A stretch of 64,000 bases of DNA from Gammaproteobacteria bacterium (GTDB lineage Bacteria > Pseudomonadota > Gammaproteobacteria > Eutrophobiales > Eutrophobiaceae), in assembly GCA_965116495.1 (NCBI GenBank), contig OZ220696.1:3232001-3296000 (forward strand), read 5' to 3'. Shown here piece after piece: positions 38,256 through 48,092 of the stretch. Position numbers and translations under genes: made by a program. The notes under the pieces are model-generated. The model made no database searches. It was given only the letters and a program-made list of their open reading frames with translations, and was not told the origin of the DNA. Numbering within the stretch: the stretch's first letter is position 1; every line of letters begins with the position of its first letter.

Positions 38256-39102
38256 ACAATTCCTCTATAACCTCTCTCAGGTAGTGTTTAGCCAGATGCC
38301 GCTTCATCGCCGTACCCATATTGCTGTCGCCCGTTATCTCAACGTCTTCATCCACCGCGGCGACCGCCTGTTCGACCAGGTCTGCCGTCAGGGTCTTGTT
38401 TACCAGCAGTTGCGCGACCCGGGCGGCCAGCACGGGGGTGTTGGCCACCGCAAAGAATACCGGGCTGAAGGAAGTAAACACCCCGTCTTCTAGTTCTGCG
38501 TTGACCACCAGGCCGGTTGCAGCGAAATCACCCCGGCGCCGTACAAACTCGCGCATAGCGTATACGGTCGTCTCTGCGGCAAGAGGGAAGGCGATCGACG
38601 TCATCAGGTCATTTTCCTGCAGGTCGGTTTCATACAGGTCCTTGAAATAATCACGGGCGCGCACGACCCTAGTGCCTTGCCTGTTTTGTATCGTGATAAC
38701 GGCGTCCAGGGCGACACAGCAGGCCGGCAGTTCAGAAGCGGGGTCAGCCAGCGACACGTTGCCGCCGATCGTGCCCCGGTTACGTACAGCCGCATGGGCC
38801 ACGTGCCGGATTGCGGTTGCCAGCAGGGGTGCGTGCCGTGCAACGAGTTCGGATTGCTCAAGTTCTGCGTGCCGCGTCAGCGCGCCGACGCGCAACATGC
38901 CGGCTTCCTGCGAAATTCCTTTGAGTTCATCCAGGTCATTGATGTCGATGAGCATGTCGGGCGCGGACAGGCGCATGTTCAGGGTGGGATTAAGACTCTG
39001 CCCGCCCGCCAGGATCTTGACAAAGCCTGCCGGCTGTTCCAGTAGTTCCAGGACCTGGTTCACGGTCCCGGCCCTGACGTAGTTGAATTGTGCGGGTTTC
39101 AC
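38248..39102 (-). CDS. FAD-binding subunit (CoxM/CutM-like)
   Basis: KPAQFNY, AGGQSL, RNRGTIGG and RRRGDFA motifs; start set at GTG 39102. Confidence 0.9.
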   Translation of the reverse strand: MKPAQFNYVRAGTVNQVLELLEQPAGFVKILAGGQSLNPTLNMRLSAPDMLIDINDLDELKGISQEAGMLRVGALTRHAELEQSELVARHAPLLATAIRHVAHAAVRNRGTIGGNVSLADPASELPACCVALDAVITIQNRQGTRVVRARDYFKDLYETDLQENDLMTSIAFPLAAETTVYAMREFVRRRGDFAATGLVVNAELEDGVFTSFSPVFFAVANTPVLAARVAQLLVNKTLTADLVEQAVAAVDEDVEITGDSNMGTAMKRHLAKHYLREVIEELYG

Positions 39103-39126
39103 AGTCAGTCTAGCCTCTACTTTTCC

Positions 39127-39150
39127 GGGGACAGATTTAAATCTGTCCCC
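39127..39150. repeat. Perfect 24-bp palindrome GGGGACAGATTTAAATCTGTCCCC
   Basis: Read directly; contains the stop codon of the CoxG-like gene. Confidence 0.85.
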
Positions 39151-39607
39151 CGTTCTCTGCGCTTCCTTCGATTGCCGCACACACGTTCTGAGCCAGTTTT
39201 TCCCAGATGGCATCGGCCTTCTTCATCATCATGCCGGCCCCGTATTTGCCGAGGCGGCCGGTGATGGACGATTCCGAACTGCAGTAGACCCGGGTGGAAC
39301 CGTCATCATTTGCGCGCAGGCGCACGATGTTATCAGCAGTCAGCATGCTGGCCCGGGTGCCTTCCTCGCCGCGGGTCTTGGAGATGATTTCAACGGGCGG
39401 CGTTTCTTCGATGATTTCCAGATCCAGGTTGAACTTCGCAGAGATCGGCCCCACCTTGACGGCAACCCGCGCCTTGTAGCGGGTTGCATCGACAGCAGTG
39501 ATCTCCTTGCAACCGGGGATGCACGGCGCCATCTTTTCCGGGTCTTTGGCAAAATCCCAGACGGTTTGCGCGGGCGCCTGCACTGTAAATGTCTTCTCTA
39601 CTTTCAT
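39137..39607 (-). CDS. CoxG/SRPBCC family protein
   Basis: VWDF..DP....CIPGC, VKVGPI and GRLGKYG motifs. Confidence 0.88.
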   Translation of the reverse strand: MKVEKTFTVQAPAQTVWDFAKDPEKMAPCIPGCKEITAVDATRYKARVAVKVGPISAKFNLDLEIIEETPPVEIISKTRGEEGTRASMLTADNIVRLRANDDGSTRVYCSSESSITGRLGKYGAGMMMKKADAIWEKLAQNVCAAIEGSAENGGQI

Positions 39608-39782
39608 CGATTCTTCTCCCCGGTTGACAGGAGTCTATTTTTTACCGGCCGCATAAGCAACCGGATTGTTCGGGTTGGCGGCGTGGGATTGGTATGACAG
39701 CAGGGAGCCGGTTTGCGAGCGGCGCCCCTGCTTGTTAAACTGAAAAGAGTACCAAGATTAAACGAGGCTAGCGATAAATACC

Positions 39783-42521
39783 ATGTTTACCGGATTCGAT
39801 GGAACGATACGCCGATCCCCGTTGTTGTTCCGTTTCTGTCTTTGCCTTGGTCTGGCTGTCAGCGTTTCCGTATCGGCCGATGACGGGGAAAGACATACGC
39901 ACGGCGGGATTGAGGAAATCGTCACCATCGGCACGCGCACCTCGGCACGGGTCATGGCTGATGCAGCGGTGCCGGTCGACGTATTCGCACTGCCGGACCT
40001 TGAAAGCGTCAATTCATCGGATATGGTGGATGTGATCAACACCATTGTCCCGTCGTTCAACGTAACCCGGCAGCCTATCTCCGACGGAGCAACCTTCATA
40101 CGGCCGGTCAGTATGCGCGGCCTGGATTCGCACCATACTCTTGTGCTCGTCAACGGCAAACGCCGCCAGCGCGCGGCGTTGATGCAACTGGGCGGTTTTG
40201 GCGCGCACGGTCCCGATATCGGCAGTATTCCCTCCATTGCATTGCTGTCGGTGGAAACACTAAGGGACAGCGCCGCGGCCCAGTACGGTTCCGACGCCAT
40301 CGCCGGCGTCATCAATTTCAACCTCAGGGACAATCGCTCCGGTTTCGACCTGCGCAGCAAATACGGCGGCTACACGGAGGGCGATGGCGAGGAGATTACC
40401 ATCGAGGCCAACGCTGGACTTCCGCTTGGCAGCGAGGGGTTTATCAGCATAAGCGGACAATATTCGGATACCGATCCGACCAGCCGTTCCCAGCCGTACG
40501 ATATTACCATCGGCGCATCGGGCCTGACGCCGCTGCAAGCCACCCGCAGCCGGTTGACAGTGGACGGTGTGACCTATTACGGGCCCGATGCCTTTACTTA
40601 CAGCTATGGCGACGACGGTACCTTAGAACAGGTGCTGCCGGGCAGCGATGGCATACCGGACGATCTTGACACACGCTTCGCCGACAACTTCACCGGGGTG
40701 GGCGGCGCGCGTGAATTCGACAGCCCGGCGCAGGTATGGGGGCAGCCTGAGCGTGAACAGGTGCTGTTTTTTGCCAACGCCGCGCTACCGGTCACCGAGT
40801 CGTTCGAACTGTATGGTTTCGGCAATTACTCCGAAAAGGACCAGACCGGGGGATTCTTTTACCGGCGTCCCGGCGTCAGCCAGTTATTGCCGTTGCGGGT
40901 GGCGGACGGTTCCATCTACGATCCCCGGACCAGCCTGTACCCTTCCGGGTTTACGCCGCAGTTTTCCGGGAAGGCTGTCGATTACAGCGTCATCGGCGGC
41001 CTGCGCGGCGAATTTGCCGGCGGCCTGGCACTGGACCTGTCGGCGAACTATGGTTTCAACGAGATCCGTTACCGGATTGGGAATACGCTGAATCCGTCGC
41101 TGGGCCCGGAGACGCCGACCCGATTCCGGCCGGGTACCCTGGGCAATGAAGAGCTGGCAGTGAACGCCGATTTCGTCTGGCCCGTAGAGCTGGGTTTCAG
41201 TGGGCCGCTGAACGCCGCCTTCGGTTTCGAGTACCGCCGCGAGCGCTACCGGATCGGTGCAGGCGACCCGTTGTCGTATGCAGTAGGACCGTTTGCCGCG
41301 CCCGATCCGTTTAATTTCGAGATTACCCGGGTTGAGGCCGACGCCGACCCGGATGACGGACTGACCGGTGTCGAGTGCCGCATACCCGGTCTGGAAGCGA
41401 CCGGCTCGCTATGCCCTGCCGGCGATCCCGTCAATAACGCGGTGCCGGTGGGCTCCAACGGTTTCCCCGGTTATTCACCGGGGTTTTCCGGATCGCTGGG
41501 CCGGAACAACTATGCCGGCTACGTCGATTTCGAAATGGACGTGACCCCTGAGTGGTTACTCAACGCCCAGGCGCGCTTCGACCATTTCAGCGACTTCGGC
41601 GATGTCGCGACCTGGAAGCTGGCGACCCGTTACCGTCTCGGCGACCGTATCAACCTGCGCGGTTCCGTCGGTACGGGCTTCCGGGCGCCGACGCCGGGCC
41701 AGACGTCGACTACCAATGTCTCGACGCGGGTTGACCCGAACGGCCTGCCCATGGCCGAGGGTGTATATCCGGCCACGCACCCGGTTTCCGCCTTGTTCGG
41801 TGCGCGTCCGCTGGACGCCGAAGACTCGACTTCCTATAACCTGGGGGTGGTTGCAGAGCCGCTGGACAACCTTTCCCTGACCCTGGATTACTATCATATC
41901 CGGCTGGACGACCGCATCGTACTGTCATCACAGTTCGCAGTGACACCTGACCTGGTTGCACAACTCAGGACGCTGGGCGTGCCGGGCGCCGAGACCATTG
42001 CCCAGGTCCGCTTTTTTACCAACGACGTGGATTCCAGGACCCGCGGCGTTGACCTGTCGGTCGCATTTGATTTTAGCGCCTTCGGTGGCGCCAATTCGCT
42101 GCACCTGCTCGGTAACCATAACAAGACCCGGCTGCTTGAACGCGGGCGTTTCGTCAACGCAGAGGCGCAATTTGACGTCGAGAACGGCGCCCCTGATGTG
42201 CGCGCTGTCGCAACCCTGCATCACGACCGGGAACATCTTAACCTGCTGTTGCGGGGACGCTATTACGGCGGCTACGAAAACACCAGCACCGCCGACCTGT
42301 CCAGGATCCAGGAATTCGGTTCACGCTTCATGCTCGACGCAGAAGCGACCTGGCATTTCGGAGACCGGTATTCGCTGACAGCCGGAGGGCGGAACCTGTT
42401 CGACGTCCACCCCGGGCGGGGCGAGTTCGAAACCTGTTGCGGCCGCATCTATCGCAGCGATTCTGTCGTGCCCTGGCAGGGAACCTTCCTGTATTTACAG
42501 CTCCAGGTATCGGTGCCGTGA
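39783..42521 (+). CDS. TonB-dependent receptor
   Basis: EEIVTIGTR TonB box, LVLVNGKRR, AQYGSDAIAGVINF, GFRAPT and NLFD motifs. Confidence 0.93.
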   Translation: MFTGFDGTIRRSPLLFRFCLCLGLAVSVSVSADDGERHTHGGIEEIVTIGTRTSARVMADAAVPVDVFALPDLESVNSSDMVDVINTIVPSFNVTRQPISDGATFIRPVSMRGLDSHHTLVLVNGKRRQRAALMQLGGFGAHGPDIGSIPSIALLSVETLRDSAAAQYGSDAIAGVINFNLRDNRSGFDLRSKYGGYTEGDGEEITIEANAGLPLGSEGFISISGQYSDTDPTSRSQPYDITIGASGLTPLQATRSRLTVDGVTYYGPDAFTYSYGDDGTLEQVLPGSDGIPDDLDTRFADNFTGVGGAREFDSPAQVWGQPEREQVLFFANAALPVTESFELYGFGNYSEKDQTGGFFYRRPGVSQLLPLRVADGSIYDPRTSLYPSGFTPQFSGKAVDYSVIGGLRGEFAGGLALDLSANYGFNEIRYRIGNTLNPSLGPETPTRFRPGTLGNEELAVNADFVWPVELGFSGPLNAAFGFEYRRERYRIGAGDPLSYAVGPFAAPDPFNFEITRVEADADPDDGLTGVECRIPGLEATGSLCPAGDPVNNAVPVGSNGFPGYSPGFSGSLGRNNYAGYVDFEMDVTPEWLLNAQARFDHFSDFGDVATWKLATRYRLGDRINLRGSVGTGFRAPTPGQTSTTNVSTRVDPNGLPMAEGVYPATHPVSALFGARPLDAEDSTSYNLGVVAEPLDNLSLTLDYYHIRLDDRIVLSSQFAVTPDLVAQLRTLGVPGAETIAQVRFFTNDVDSRTRGVDLSVAFDFSAFGGANSLHLLGNHNKTRLLERGRFVNAEAQFDVENGAPDVRAVATLHHDREHLNLLLRGRYYGGYENTSTADLSRIQEFGSRFMLDAEATWHFGDRYSLTAGGRNLFDVHPGRGEFETCCGRIYRSDSVVPWQGTFLYLQLQVSVP

Positions 42522-42862
42522 GCGGACCTGTCCGTTAGTGATCAGGAGCATTGCACCAGGGTTGAGGAAGGCAGGTGGCGAACATTTTTCTCTGCGATGC
42601 AACTAACCCGCATATCTCACCAATCCGCTTGGAGGTAGACTGAAACTTATGTACCATCAAATAGTTACCGGGTCAATTCTGGCCATGGCATCATCACACA
42701 CTGCGCTTGATGCGCCCTCGCTTGTCTTTTGGCTGCCAGCGGGCACGTGCTCCCTCAACCATAGCTACGGCTATGCTTTCGGTCGCAGGCGCCCGCTGGC
42801 AGCCAAAATCCTGCGCGATCATCGCATCAATTGGTGAGATATACGGGCTAAAACCATCTGCG

Positions 42863-45217
42863 TTAATCTGCATCATCTGCGGATAGCATGGCTTTCAACA
42901 CCCGTTCCGGCGTGGCAGGGATCTGGTTTACCCTCGCGCCCACTGCATTCTTGATTGCGTTGGCGATTGCCGGCGCCGGTCCGACCGCGCAGATCTCCCC
43001 GACTCCCTTGGCGCCGAACGGCGCGGATTCTTCCGCTTCCTCAATCAGCAGCGAATGAATCTTGTACGGTGCGTCCGCCATGCCGGGTATCTTGTAATCC
43101 ATCATGGTCGGGTTGATCATGCGGCCGTTGTCCCATAGCATCTCTTCGGTCAGGGCGTAACCCAGCATCTGTACAATCCCGCCCTCTATCTGGCCTTCCA
43201 CCGAAGCAGTATTGATGGCCTTGCCTACATCATGGGCGGCCCAGTATTCAAGCACTTCCACCTGTCCCGTCACCTCATCCACTTCCACCTCGGCAACCTG
43301 GGCGCCGAAGGTAAAGATGCCGATAGCGTCGGGCATCAGGGCAAACCCCCTGAGCAGCATCCGTTTCGGATCCATGCGGTCCTGCGGCGAGTACAGCCAG
43401 TTATGGGTACCCATGATCGGCCCGCCCTGCTGCCACAGCGCCCTCCCGGCAATTGCTATAAACGGCAGCGCGGCATCCGGCACGCCCTTCACCCCGACTA
43501 TTCCACCTTGCCTGAGCTCCAGGTCCGCCGTATCGCACTCAAGTATCTCTCCGGCATGACGGTAAATCTGCTCACGAACGTCATCGCTGGCTTTTTTCAC
43601 TGCGTTGCCGATGACGTAGGTATTGCGGCTCGCCGCAGTCTGGAACTGGTAGGGGGACGAATCCGTGTCCGGTGCAGCAAAATTGACCTGCTCCATGTTC
43701 AGGGCCAGGGCGCCGGCCACGACCTGGGTGAATATGGTGTCCGAACCCTGGCCGACATCGACGGCGCCGCAGTTCAAGGTGACACTGCCGTCCTCGTTCA
43801 GCAACACGTTCGCCCCGGCCCCGGCCAGGCCGCAGATATGGGTCAAGCCGGCCATGCCTATGCCGCGTTTCTTACCGGGTTTGGCCGGTTTCCCGGCTGG
43901 CCGTTTCTCAACCCAGCCCGAGGCGTCCCGTACTTTTTCCAGACAGGCGCGCATAGTGGCCTTCTCGATGGACTTGCCGCAGAAGAACTTGTCATCCTGT
44001 TCCAGTGCGTTGTTGAGGCGCAGTTCCAAAGGGTCCATGCCCAGCTTGTCCGCCAGATCATCAAGCTGTGATTCACTGGCAAAAGTGGCCTGCGGGTTAC
44101 CGAAACCACGGAAGGCGCTGGCGCGGGAAAGGTTGGTATACACCGACCAGGCTTCCACCCGCATGGTTGGGATGCGGTAAGGACCCTGGCTGAAAAATGC
44201 CGCCACCGGTGAGACTTCCGGGCTTTCATCGGCATAGGCGCCGCCGTCAAGAATGATCCGGCAGTCGCGCGCAACCAGGGTGCCGTCTCTTGTGGCGCCG
44301 GTCTTCATGTATATCCTGCCGCCGTGACGGCGCTTCATCATGGTCATGTCCTCTTCACGGGAAAAGGTGAGCTTGACCGGCCGGCCCGTTGCCTGCGCCA
44401 GCAGCGCGGTTATGGGCTGGTTGGTAAATTCACACTTGCCGCCGAAACCGCCGCCGATACGCGGGGCAATTACACGCACCTTCGACATGGGCAAGCCCAG
44501 CGAAAGAGCGATGTACATCTGTACACGGGCAACGCCTTGCGTTGACGTCCAGACTGTGACCTTGCCGTTGCCATCCACTTCCGCCACGGTAGAACTGGGT
44601 TCCATGTACATGTGATACTGGGCCGGTACCTGGTATTCGTCTTCCACGATGACGTCGCATTGGTCCCAGGCCGAACTGGGGTCGCCTTCCATAAACTCGG
44701 TGAAACAGATTGCGTTCGGCTCCCGGGGCAGTTCATACATGGTGGGGTATTCGTCGCGTTGTTCATGGATGACCGTCGCGCCCGGTTTCAACGCCTCTTC
44801 AATATCCGTCACGGGTTCGAGTTCTTCATATTCAATCTCGATAAGCCGCAGTGCCCGCCGCGCCGTCTGCACATCGATTGCCGCCACGGCCGCAACCGGT
44901 TCACCGCTGTAGCGGACCTTATCCCGCGCCAGGGGAAGCTGGTCCTTGATGAACATGCCGATGTAGTTGTGCGGCAGGTCCGTTCCCACCAGTACCGCCT
45001 TGACGCCGGGCAGCGCCCTGGCTGCGGAAGTGTCGACAGACAGGATCCTGGCGTGGGCGTAATGGCTGCCGAGCAAGGCCGCGTGCAACATGCCGGGGCG
45101 GGTAATATCGTCGGTGTAAATGGCCCTCCCGGAAGCCTTTTCCGGTCCTTCGATACGCGGGACGGAGGCCCCGATTATCGGGTTAACCTGCATATTGTCC
45201 ACCATGTTTGCACTCAT
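42863..45217 (-). CDS. Xanthine dehydrogenase-family molybdopterin-binding subunit (XdhA/HcrA-like)
   Basis: GGGFGGK, SAFRGFGNPQ, DVGQGS and GAKGVGE motifs. Confidence 0.92.
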   Translation of the reverse strand: MSANMVDNMQVNPIIGASVPRIEGPEKASGRAIYTDDITRPGMLHAALLGSHYAHARILSVDTSAARALPGVKAVLVGTDLPHNYIGMFIKDQLPLARDKVRYSGEPVAAVAAIDVQTARRALRLIEIEYEELEPVTDIEEALKPGATVIHEQRDEYPTMYELPREPNAICFTEFMEGDPSSAWDQCDVIVEDEYQVPAQYHMYMEPSSTVAEVDGNGKVTVWTSTQGVARVQMYIALSLGLPMSKVRVIAPRIGGGFGGKCEFTNQPITALLAQATGRPVKLTFSREEDMTMMKRRHGGRIYMKTGATRDGTLVARDCRIILDGGAYADESPEVSPVAAFFSQGPYRIPTMRVEAWSVYTNLSRASAFRGFGNPQATFASESQLDDLADKLGMDPLELRLNNALEQDDKFFCGKSIEKATMRACLEKVRDASGWVEKRPAGKPAKPGKKRGIGMAGLTHICGLAGAGANVLLNEDGSVTLNCGAVDVGQGSDTIFTQVVAGALALNMEQVNFAAPDTDSSPYQFQTAASRNTYVIGNAVKKASDDVREQIYRHAGEILECDTADLELRQGGIVGVKGVPDAALPFIAIAGRALWQQGGPIMGTHNWLYSPQDRMDPKRMLLRGFALMPDAIGIFTFGAQVAEVEVDEVTGQVEVLEYWAAHDVGKAINTASVEGQIEGGIVQMLGYALTEEMLWDNGRMINPTMMDYKIPGMADAPYKIHSLLIEEAEESAPFGAKGVGEICAVGPAPAIANAIKNAVGARVNQIPATPERVLKAMLSADDAD

Positions 45218-45233
45218 GCCTGTTCTCCTTCTG

Positions 45234-45698
45234 TTACTTGGTCAGGGATAATACCGCATCGGCTATTTTCACATAACCGGTACAACGGCACAGGTTGCCG
45301 CTCAGTTCGTCGCGGATTTCATCCAGTGTCGGGTCCGGGTTTCTGTCGAGCAACGCTTTTGCGGCAATCACCATACCAGGTGTACAAAATCCGCATTGCA
45401 TACCCTGGTATTCTATAAAAGCCTGTTGTACGGGATGCAGATCGCCGTCTGTTTCCAGTCCTTCGATGGTGGTGATCTCCCGGTCCGTCGCCGCTACCGC
45501 CAGCGTCAGGCAGGCGCGCATGGGCAGGTCGTCAATCAATACCGTACAACTGCCGCATACACCGTTGTTGCAGCCGCATTTTGTCCCGGTCAGGGAGAGT
45601 TGTTCGCGCAGCACCTGCAGCAGGGTCTGGCGCGGGTCTGCGAGCACATCATAGCAGTCGCCATTTATGGATAATGTCACGGCTTGCTTATCAGTCAT
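45234..45698 (-). CDS. (2Fe-2S)-binding subunit
   Basis: GCNNGVCGSCT, QCGFCTPG and CRCTGY motifs. Confidence 0.93.
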   Translation of the reverse strand: MTDKQAVTLSINGDCYDVLADPRQTLLQVLREQLSLTGTKCGCNNGVCGSCTVLIDDLPMRACLTLAVAATDREITTIEGLETDGDLHPVQQAFIEYQGMQCGFCTPGMVIAAKALLDRNPDPTLDEIRDELSGNLCRCTGYVKIADAVLSLTK

Positions 45699-45707
45699 AA
45701 TTTCCTC

Positions 45708-48092
45708 TCAGGTACGCAATACTTGTCGGATCCGGTTCGCTGTGAACGGCATGTGGCGCAGGCGCTTGCCGGTCAGTACGGCAAAGGCATTGGCCACGGT
45801 TGCCGGCGCCAGGATTGAGCCGGTTTCACCCACGCCGGTCGGCGCCCTGTCGCTGTGCACCAGTTCTACATGGATAACCGGCGCGTCCGCCATCCGCATA
45901 ACGGAGTAATCATGGAAATTACGTTGTTGTATCAAACCGTTTCTGATGGTGACGCGTTCCGACAGGGCATAACCCAGGCCGTGGATCATAGCGCCCTCCA
46001 GTTGCGCCCTGACGTTGTCGGGCTGGATGGCCAGACCGACGTCGGCTGCAATCCAGACATTGTGGACGATGATTTTTTCACTCGTGTGATCATAGGAAAT
46101 CTCGGCTATCGCCGCGGCGACGGTATCCACGTAGTGGGTGTAGGCAATGCCCATCGCACGACCCGGCCGCGCACGTGTCCAATCGGCCATCCCGGCAACG
46201 GTCTCGATGATGCGCCTGCCGCGTGCCGACTTATGCAGGAGTTGCAGGCGAAGGTCAACGGGATCGATGCTTCGCTGCGCGGCTATTTCGTCCAGAAAGG
46301 ATTCGATGGCCAGGTTGTTGGGTGTCGCGCCCACGCCGCGCACGGGATAGAGGCGTACGCCCGTGTCCATGGGAATGTGCTCGACCAGGCGTTGGGGCAG
46401 GTCGTAGGCGTCGCCGATGGAACGATCCATGCTGTGATGTGAAGAACCCAGCATGGACGTGATGGGGACTTTGCCGAATGCCTCGTAACTGGGCCGGTCC
46501 AGCAGTTTGATGGCCTCATCACTGGCCACCCGATGCTGCCACGCGCAGATTTTACCCTGGTCGTCGACCGCGGCGCGCAGGAAATGGGCCGTCATGGGCT
46601 TGAGGTGCCCGTTGCGGAGGTCATCCTCCCGGGTCCAGACCACTTTCACCGGTTTCAGCAACAGCCTGGACAACCAGGCGGCATCCACCACAAAATCCAT
46701 ATTGGGAACGGTGCGCCGGCCCAATCCGCCGCCCAGCAGGGAGCGGTTGAGTTTAACGTCATGCACGGGGATTTCCAGGATCCCGGCAACTGCGTCAACC
46801 GTGTTTGCCGGTGCCTGGGTCCCGGCCCACACCTCGGCTTTTTTCCCGGCACCGGTGACCGACACCACCGCGTTCAGCGGTTCCATCTGGGCGTGATAGA
46901 CGTAATCGGTCAGGTATTCTGCCGAGCAGACCTGTGTGCTGTTATCCGCCAGGGAGGAAACATCGCCTTGTACGTCCCACGGGAAACCGTCCCGGGACAG
47001 GTCCTGCGCCGCTGATCGGTGTTGCTGCAGGGCTGCGTCACTGTCGAAGCGGCGCATTGCCTCCACTTCATGCCAGGTGATTTCAAGCCTGTCACGGGCT
47101 TTCAGGGCAACCGGGTAGCTGGTGGCGACTATCGCAACAGATTCCGGGCGCTTAATCACGTCGATAACACCGCTGATGCTGCGTGCGTCACGTTCATCGA
47201 CGGCGCGTAATGTGGCGCCTTCAACCGGCGCCCTGGATACCGCGGCATAGACCATACCCGCAGGCCGGGCATCCATACTGTATTGAGCTGCGCCTGTGAC
47301 CTTTCCGGGAAGGTCACGGCGCGGAATGGCAGTGCCCACCAGCCGGTAATTCTCCCTGGCTTTGTACTGGACCGAACCAGTCTCCGTGACTGCGTCTGGT
47401 GAAGTGGTCCCGGCGATCCCGCCGTAACTGATACTGCGTCCGGATTTGTCGTGTATGACCAGGCTGGGCGCGGTCCTCAATTCCGCTACGGGTACGCCCC
47501 ATTTCCCCGCGGCGTTTTCCAGCAACACCTGTCGCGCTTCACGGCCGAACCTGCGCAGGCGCTCATAGTAATTGGCGACTGTTCTGCTGGAGGTGGTAAA
47601 AATTCTGTTGAAGAACAGGGGATCGCCATAGACTTCGCCGATGGGCGGGGAGGATTCAATGCGCACGTCATCCCATTCAGCGTCCAGTTCCTCCGCGACG
47701 ATAACGGGCAGGGCAGTCATGACGCCCTGGCCCATTTCCGCAGCGGGATTGATAATGGTCACCGTCCCGTCGGGAGAAATGCGTACGTAGGCGTTGAACT
47801 CGGTCATCGCCGACCCCGGAGTAGGGTTCGACTTGGCAGCATATGTGTCGCCGTTACCGAAAAAACCGGCAAAGGCGAAGCAGAAGGTCAGCCCCCCGGT
47901 CTGTTTCAAAAATTCCCGCCGGCTCACATCGTCATTCGGGCTCACATCGTCATCCAGGGTTAAGTCGTCATTCTGGCGGAAGCCAGAATCCAGCGAAACC
48001 ACGCGGCGGCATGTCATTCCACTGGATTCTGGCTTTCGCCAGAATGACGTGTTACGGCAGTACGACGGCTTCGAATCCAGTGTTTCGCTCAT
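45708..48092 (-). CDS. IorB-type (isoquinoline 1-oxidoreductase beta-like) molybdopterin subunit with Tat motif and repeat-derived N-terminal extension
   Basis: SRREFLK Tat motif at about residue 57; EMGQG, AEEL, HAQMEP, WTREDD and GVGE motifs; ATG overlaps the upstream stop (ATGA) with an AGGAG RBS. Confidence 0.9.
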   Translation of the reverse strand: MSETLDSKPSYCRNTSFWRKPESSGMTCRRVVSLDSGFRQNDDLTLDDDVSPNDDVSRREFLKQTGGLTFCFAFAGFFGNGDTYAAKSNPTPGSAMTEFNAYVRISPDGTVTIINPAAEMGQGVMTALPVIVAEELDAEWDDVRIESSPPIGEVYGDPLFFNRIFTTSSRTVANYYERLRRFGREARQVLLENAAGKWGVPVAELRTAPSLVIHDKSGRSISYGGIAGTTSPDAVTETGSVQYKARENYRLVGTAIPRRDLPGKVTGAAQYSMDARPAGMVYAAVSRAPVEGATLRAVDERDARSISGVIDVIKRPESVAIVATSYPVALKARDRLEITWHEVEAMRRFDSDAALQQHRSAAQDLSRDGFPWDVQGDVSSLADNSTQVCSAEYLTDYVYHAQMEPLNAVVSVTGAGKKAEVWAGTQAPANTVDAVAGILEIPVHDVKLNRSLLGGGLGRRTVPNMDFVVDAAWLSRLLLKPVKVVWTREDDLRNGHLKPMTAHFLRAAVDDQGKICAWQHRVASDEAIKLLDRPSYEAFGKVPITSMLGSSHHSMDRSIGDAYDLPQRLVEHIPMDTGVRLYPVRGVGATPNNLAIESFLDEIAAQRSIDPVDLRLQLLHKSARGRRIIETVAGMADWTRARPGRAMGIAYTHYVDTVAAAIAEISYDHTSEKIIVHNVWIAADVGLAIQPDNVRAQLEGAMIHGLGYALSERVTIRNGLIQQRNFHDYSVMRMADAPVIHVELVHSDRAPTGVGETGSILAPATVANAFAVLTGKRLRHMPFTANRIRQVLRT
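47966..48049. repeat. Inverted pair of CGTC-type palindromic repeats inside the IorB-like CDS
   Basis: CGTCATTCTGGCGGAAGCCAGAATCCAG (47966-47993) and CTGGATTCTGGCTTTCGCCAGAATGACG (48022-48049). Confidence 0.85.

Noticed and set aside
39103-39213. Extended N-terminus of the FAD subunit ORF (start 39213)
   Set aside because: Overlaps the CoxG-like gene and reads through the palindrome; the family-typical start MKPAxF is at GTG 39102.
35423-39607. Aerobic CO dehydrogenase (coxGMSL-like order)
   Set aside because: The active-site loop reads QYRGVG, not form I AYxCSFR; the other large subunits read AFRGFG and PVRGAG. Called generic Mo-hydroxylases.
42649-42876. Two short overlapping ORFs between the TonB receptor and the Mo subunit
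   Set aside because: No recognisable domain; probably spurious or an unassignable gene remnant.
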